Shown: positions 60,119 through 64,000 of the stretch, piece by piece
Layout: every line of letters begins with the position of its first letter
How positions within the stretch are numbered: the stretch's first letter is position 1
NCBI GenBank assembly: GCA_965644295.1
Contig: CBFFRP010000129.1
Location: 1-64,000, forward strand
Reading direction: 5' to 3'
DNA: 64,000 bases
From: Paraphysomonas bandaiensis
Lineage: Eukaryota > Protista > Chrysophyceae
Program-made: the position numbers and the translations under genes
The notes under the pieces: model-generated
The model's database searches: none
What the model was told of the DNA's origin: nothing
The model's input: only the letters and a program-made list of their open reading frames with translations

Positions 60119-60547
60119 ATGACGGACTCTTCAGTTATTGTAGCTAAGTGCTATTGTGGGGATGTGGAGTACACTGTATCTCGCAATGTTACACCTTTCA
60201 AATCAGTGTATTGTCATTGTGATTCATGCAGACGTGCTCATGCTGCACCCATGTACCAAGTTATATATATTCCTTCTGGGGACTTCACTATTATCGCCGG
60301 ACGTGAGCTTGTTCAGAGTTTTAGAAAAGAAGGCAGTAGTGTAACACGAGCTTTTTGTCGAAATTGTGGATCCCGCTTGTACAATCTTCTGCAACATCGA
60401 CCGGATTGGTTAGGAGTCTTTCCCTCATTATTTGACGAAGAGACTCAACGGAATATACCTCATAGTATATGTCCCACTGAGCATTACCATAGTGAGGAGG
60501 CTGTCCTTGATTTGAGTAAAATTCATGATGGAATTTCCCGGACGTAA
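60119..60547 (+). CDS. GFA/CENP-V (Mss4-like) zinc-binding protein
   Basis: CYCG...CHCDSCRR...RAFCRNCGS cysteine pattern; ATG at 60119. Confidence 0.9.
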   Translation: MTDSSVIVAKCYCGDVEYTVSRNVTPFKSVYCHCDSCRRAHAAPMYQVIYIPSGDFTIIAGRELVQSFRKEGSSVTRAFCRNCGSRLYNLLQHRPDWLGVFPSLFDEETQRNIPHSICPTEHYHSEEAVLDLSKIHDGISRT

Positions 60548-60880
60548 TACGTGTGCGATGTGCAGCCACATACCATATACTTGGATGTATTGTGTTCAGA
60601 TGTATGATGGTTTTGTATGTTATGAAAAATACAGGCGTGGTAGAGTGAGTTTAGGAATATAATATTGATGAATATCACAAGGACGATGAACTTGTTGGTT
60701 GCTCAGTTGTGAATTTTCTGTGCCAGTAACAAATTGGGTTTGTTACAACTAGTGACTGCATTTATTGCTAAATAATCTTTGTTTGGTTGACAAGTTGATG
60801 TGAAATTTGTAGATTCATAAGATATATTTATGAATTTGACATGGTTGTTCCACTTCATAGATGTGTTTATTTACTATAAT

Positions 60881-61097
60881 GTGTTACTAAGTTTTGTGTA
60901 TAGACGTAGACTATAAATTATAAAGTAGAAGTTAGAAGTAAGTGTTACTAAGTAAGTGTCGAAGTGTGATAGTTTTACTAAGTGTGAATAGAACTAAGTG
61001 TTACTAAGTTCGCTAAGTGGCGAATGTTAGTTAATGTAAAAAATAGAACAAACTAAGAAATTACTAAGGAACAGATGGTAAAACATATTACTAAGTA
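60881..61097 (+). repeat. Imperfect dispersed short repeat of (GTG)TTACTAAG
   Basis: The word TTACTAAG/ACTAAG recurs about 8 times with variable spacing. Confidence 0.6.
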
Positions 61098-61860
61098 GAA
61101 GCAAATGATGCAGGAAGAAGTGTTAAATCAACCGACGGAAATGAAGTGGTTTCAGTGAGCTGGTCATGATTCCGTGAATTTTCCAGTTCGGCTGTTCGAG
61201 CTGCCACATGCTGCTGCTCGTTTAAAATATCCATTCTGTTGCGGCGAATATTAGTAACGATTTGAAACAGTTCATCGTATCTGGTCAAGTAAGAGCATGC
61301 AATGTCTGGTATAAGGGATCAAGACTGCAGTCTTCCATGATCGAATACTCTGCAGGATCGTCAGGCAAGGGATTTTTACTTGCGCTCTGGAGTATATTCT
61401 GGATACGATATATAGGAGTTATATGAGCTATACTGGGGATACCCTTCGTGCTAACGAGAACAAAATCGTCCTCATTTTTTCATCATCTTGTCTAGAAAAG
61501 CATCCGCAAAAGCCAATCAGAAATGGAGCTTGCCAATAAAAAAGAGTCACTCTAATACACACTGTGAGGACACGAATATTTGTAGTGATGATAACTCTGA
61601 TTAGATTGCAGTGAAATTGTGATTGTATAGTAATCGCAAATGCTATGCGGCTGACTAAAGTGTGACGTCGAACAGAACATTGAAGTATTGGCAGGCACTG
61701 GTAAATGACAGCGTTTTGGAACTCCAAGAACCAGATTAGGGATGGTTTGAGGGAACAAGTTATCGTCATCCAGCTGAAATCTTGATGTCGTGTTGCTCAG
61801 AATAAAAGAAACCTCAACTTCAATTTTGAAGTAGCAAATGTCACGTACTTAGTTAGTAAT
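61091..61860 (-). pseudogene. Fragmented protein-like reading frames (pseudogene or unresolved spliced gene)
   Basis: Segments DICYFKIEVEVSFILS..., EDDFVLVSTKGIPS...DPLYQTLHAL and RYDELFQIVTNIRRNR in different frames; TACAG-rich promoter-like tract upstream (62010-62220). Confidence 0.3.
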
Positions 61861-62399
61861 TAGGAATACCAATAAGCAATTTGAGAGCAGAGCGAATACA
61901 CTGTGAATTGTGCTATTATTAACTGTGAGTTCGTATAGCAAGCTTCAATACTAACTGTTGTCATCCCCGTATAGGAGGTTGGCTGTCATTGGAGTGAAAG
62001 CTTGGTTTGATAGTATACTGCTGTATATTGCACTATACTGTGGATGTATAGTATACAGGATATATACAGTGTAGACAGCCAGCTACAGTAGGGTAACGGT
62101 ATACCATTATACGGTGTATGATGACAATACGGTGTAGGATATGTGCAGTCCAATATGTACAGTGGATTGGTATAGAGTAAGGGCATATATATGTGCCCAA
62201 GCAGTGAGCTGTAGGTGTAGTCTGTGATAGAAGATAGATTAGAATGCTAGTCATTATTATCACAGATAACCTCTGATAAAACAAGTTAATAACACTATCA
62301 TTACTATCAACTTGTGGCTTGTTATTGCCTTACAACACTAACTTGTTCTCGAGAGTATGTTATCTGAAGCATGTCGCTCCAGCAGTTGGTTACGATGAC

Positions 62400-64000
62400 C
62401 GGAAGAGCAGAGAGAGTGTATGTATGTATATGGAGTGAAGGAGTGCTGTTTTTGAGTTTGAGGAGACTGTGGAAGAGGAATTGAAAAAGGCTAATTTCAC
62501 GGGTATTTTGGAGAACACAGATCACCAGCCGTTTGCTCCTGTTGTGGCCTTTTGGAGTGTTTATCAAATAAGGAGGCCCTTGTGTACAAAATAATGACTA
62601 TTCGAGTGGTTCAACGGCATAATAGAGGAGTGTAACTAGTGCAAGTAATTCTTTGTTGGGGATTTGATTGACTTTTATGGTTTCTTCTGGGTTGATTGGT
62701 TTATAATGTACCAAGGTGGCATCAATATTCCTCCTGCTCTGGCTTTTCCTGAAACATTAGCCTCACCTTCATTGAGCGTTGAGAAGTCAATGACAGAGAT
62801 TGGAATGCGTGGAAAGTGGTGATCTTCGAAACAGGATCTTACGTATCATGATTTTTGCGAATGTCCGGTTGTTGTCTGTGATCGTTAAACATAGAGAACG
62901 ATCAAGAGGGCGATGTTATATTTAGTGAAGAATATGAGTTAGGTCCAGTGGAGTATCGACAGAGTGTATGCAGCGGTTTGTTGGGGTGAATAAGGGTCAG
63001 AATCAATGGGAGGATGCATGCATGATGGCCCTTGTGGATTCAGGAGCAAACAGAAGTTGCTGCTGTGTTGAGGTTGAGAGTATATTTGAGTGTGGGATTG
63101 GCATGGAAATTTGGTTGTACGACAGCCGTATATATTATTACGTAAGGCATATACATCAGTTGGATTATGTTGATATCAGAGCCTTAGTTGAGTGTGAATA
63201 TAATGTTCAGGAGGGTTCAGTAGATGACTCGAGATATGTATCAGGTGTTGGCAATTTAGAAAACGGTGCTTGTTGCCAGGAGCTACTGTTAATCCGTCAG
63301 TGATAGAGGAGGTGTATTTACATCAGATGTTTCGCATGTTTGCTACTAGCTAAGGGCAACCTAATCTGTTGCATCGAACAGTTGTTTCCGGGATTCATAT
63401 TGTGATAGTTGGACATATGATTGGATTGGATTATATATATATAATATATGTGTGTGGACGTGTCAAGAAGATATAAATGGGCGTCGTTGGTAAGAGAACA
63501 CGAGGAGTCGGAAGATCTATATTGGCTGCAGTTGTGTCAACTCGTGCGTTTCTATAAATAGATGGTCATGAGGTTAAGGTATTTAGTCTCGTTGCGAGAA
63601 TTGTTGTAGAGCCGGCAGCTCCTGAAGCATAGTTTTAAAAGCTTGCGGTATGGTCGATGCCAACAGTGGATAAAGGAGTACCGGTTGTTCTTGCGCATCA
63701 GTTTCATAAAAGCTTTTAGTGGAGAATATACTCCGTATTATTGGGTAGCGGCCGGTGGTGTCAGTGGTATTGCATCACAGTAGCAGTTAAAATTTTGTGT
63801 TTGTACCGCATGCAGAGTTTGAATTTGGGTATATAGGCTCAACTTGTGGTACAAAAATGGAGCTACACTTGTTTATATATACCGGGTCGAAAGGAAGTGG
63901 AAAGTTCTATGTGCGTGGAGATGTGCGGGTGGTGAAGTTAGGAGTTGAAGATTATGTTAAATGAATGAAAGATTCAGGAGATGGTTCCTACGATTGATGA
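62400..64000 (-). pseudogene. Heavily decayed intronless coding sequence, probably transposon-derived
   Basis: A/C-rich minus strand with protein-like stretches (KSFYETDAQEQPVLLYPLL..., ATLVHYKPINPEETIKVNQIP...) interrupted by stops; no diagnostic motif recognised. Confidence 0.25.

Noticed and set aside
60881-61097. Spaced TTACTAAG words as a CRISPR or telomeric array
   Set aside because: Unit too short and spacing irregular; low-complexity sequence.

Overview
Gene-dense eukaryotic nuclear DNA, most likely a stramenopile/ochrophyte-type protist (inferred from gene content and TE types). The genetic code is standard, and the introns I could reconstruct are GT-AG and mostly 45-135 nt. About 21 protein genes can be supported, including a DUF4874/DUF4832 secreted hydrolase-like protein, a TPK-like K+ channel with non-canonical filters, a PH-DnaJ-PDZ protein, an importin-beta-like protein, choline/ethanolamine kinase, RPS3A, 5-oxoprolinase, an S41 peptidase, glutathione synthetase, Cgr1/CCDC86, a calflagin-like protein, an ENT transporter, MTA/SAH nucleosidase, eIF3g, a linker-histone(H15)-FKBP fusion and a GFA/CENP-V protein. 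There are two identical tRNA-Lys(CTT) genes. Main observations: (1) 20 consecutive protein genes (2.1-60.5 kb) strictly alternate strand as 10 head-to-head pairs whose short shared upstream regions are mostly packed with a TACAG/CTGTA motif, while every recognisable transposon insertion in that span lies in a tail-to-tail gap. (2) The unusually long last RPS3A intron holds a box H/ACA snoRNA whose two pockets match the LSU sites of yeast snR34/human SNORA65. (3) A copia element with identical 320-bp LTRs and a 5-bp TSD, but a deleted/frameshifted RT, is nested in a dispersed repeat. (4) That repeat family shares a structured 3' tail with a LINE remnant. (5) Two near-identical solo-LTR-like elements with non-canonical TA termini and different TSDs lie about 400 bp apart. 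Multi-exon gene coordinates were reconstructed by eye.
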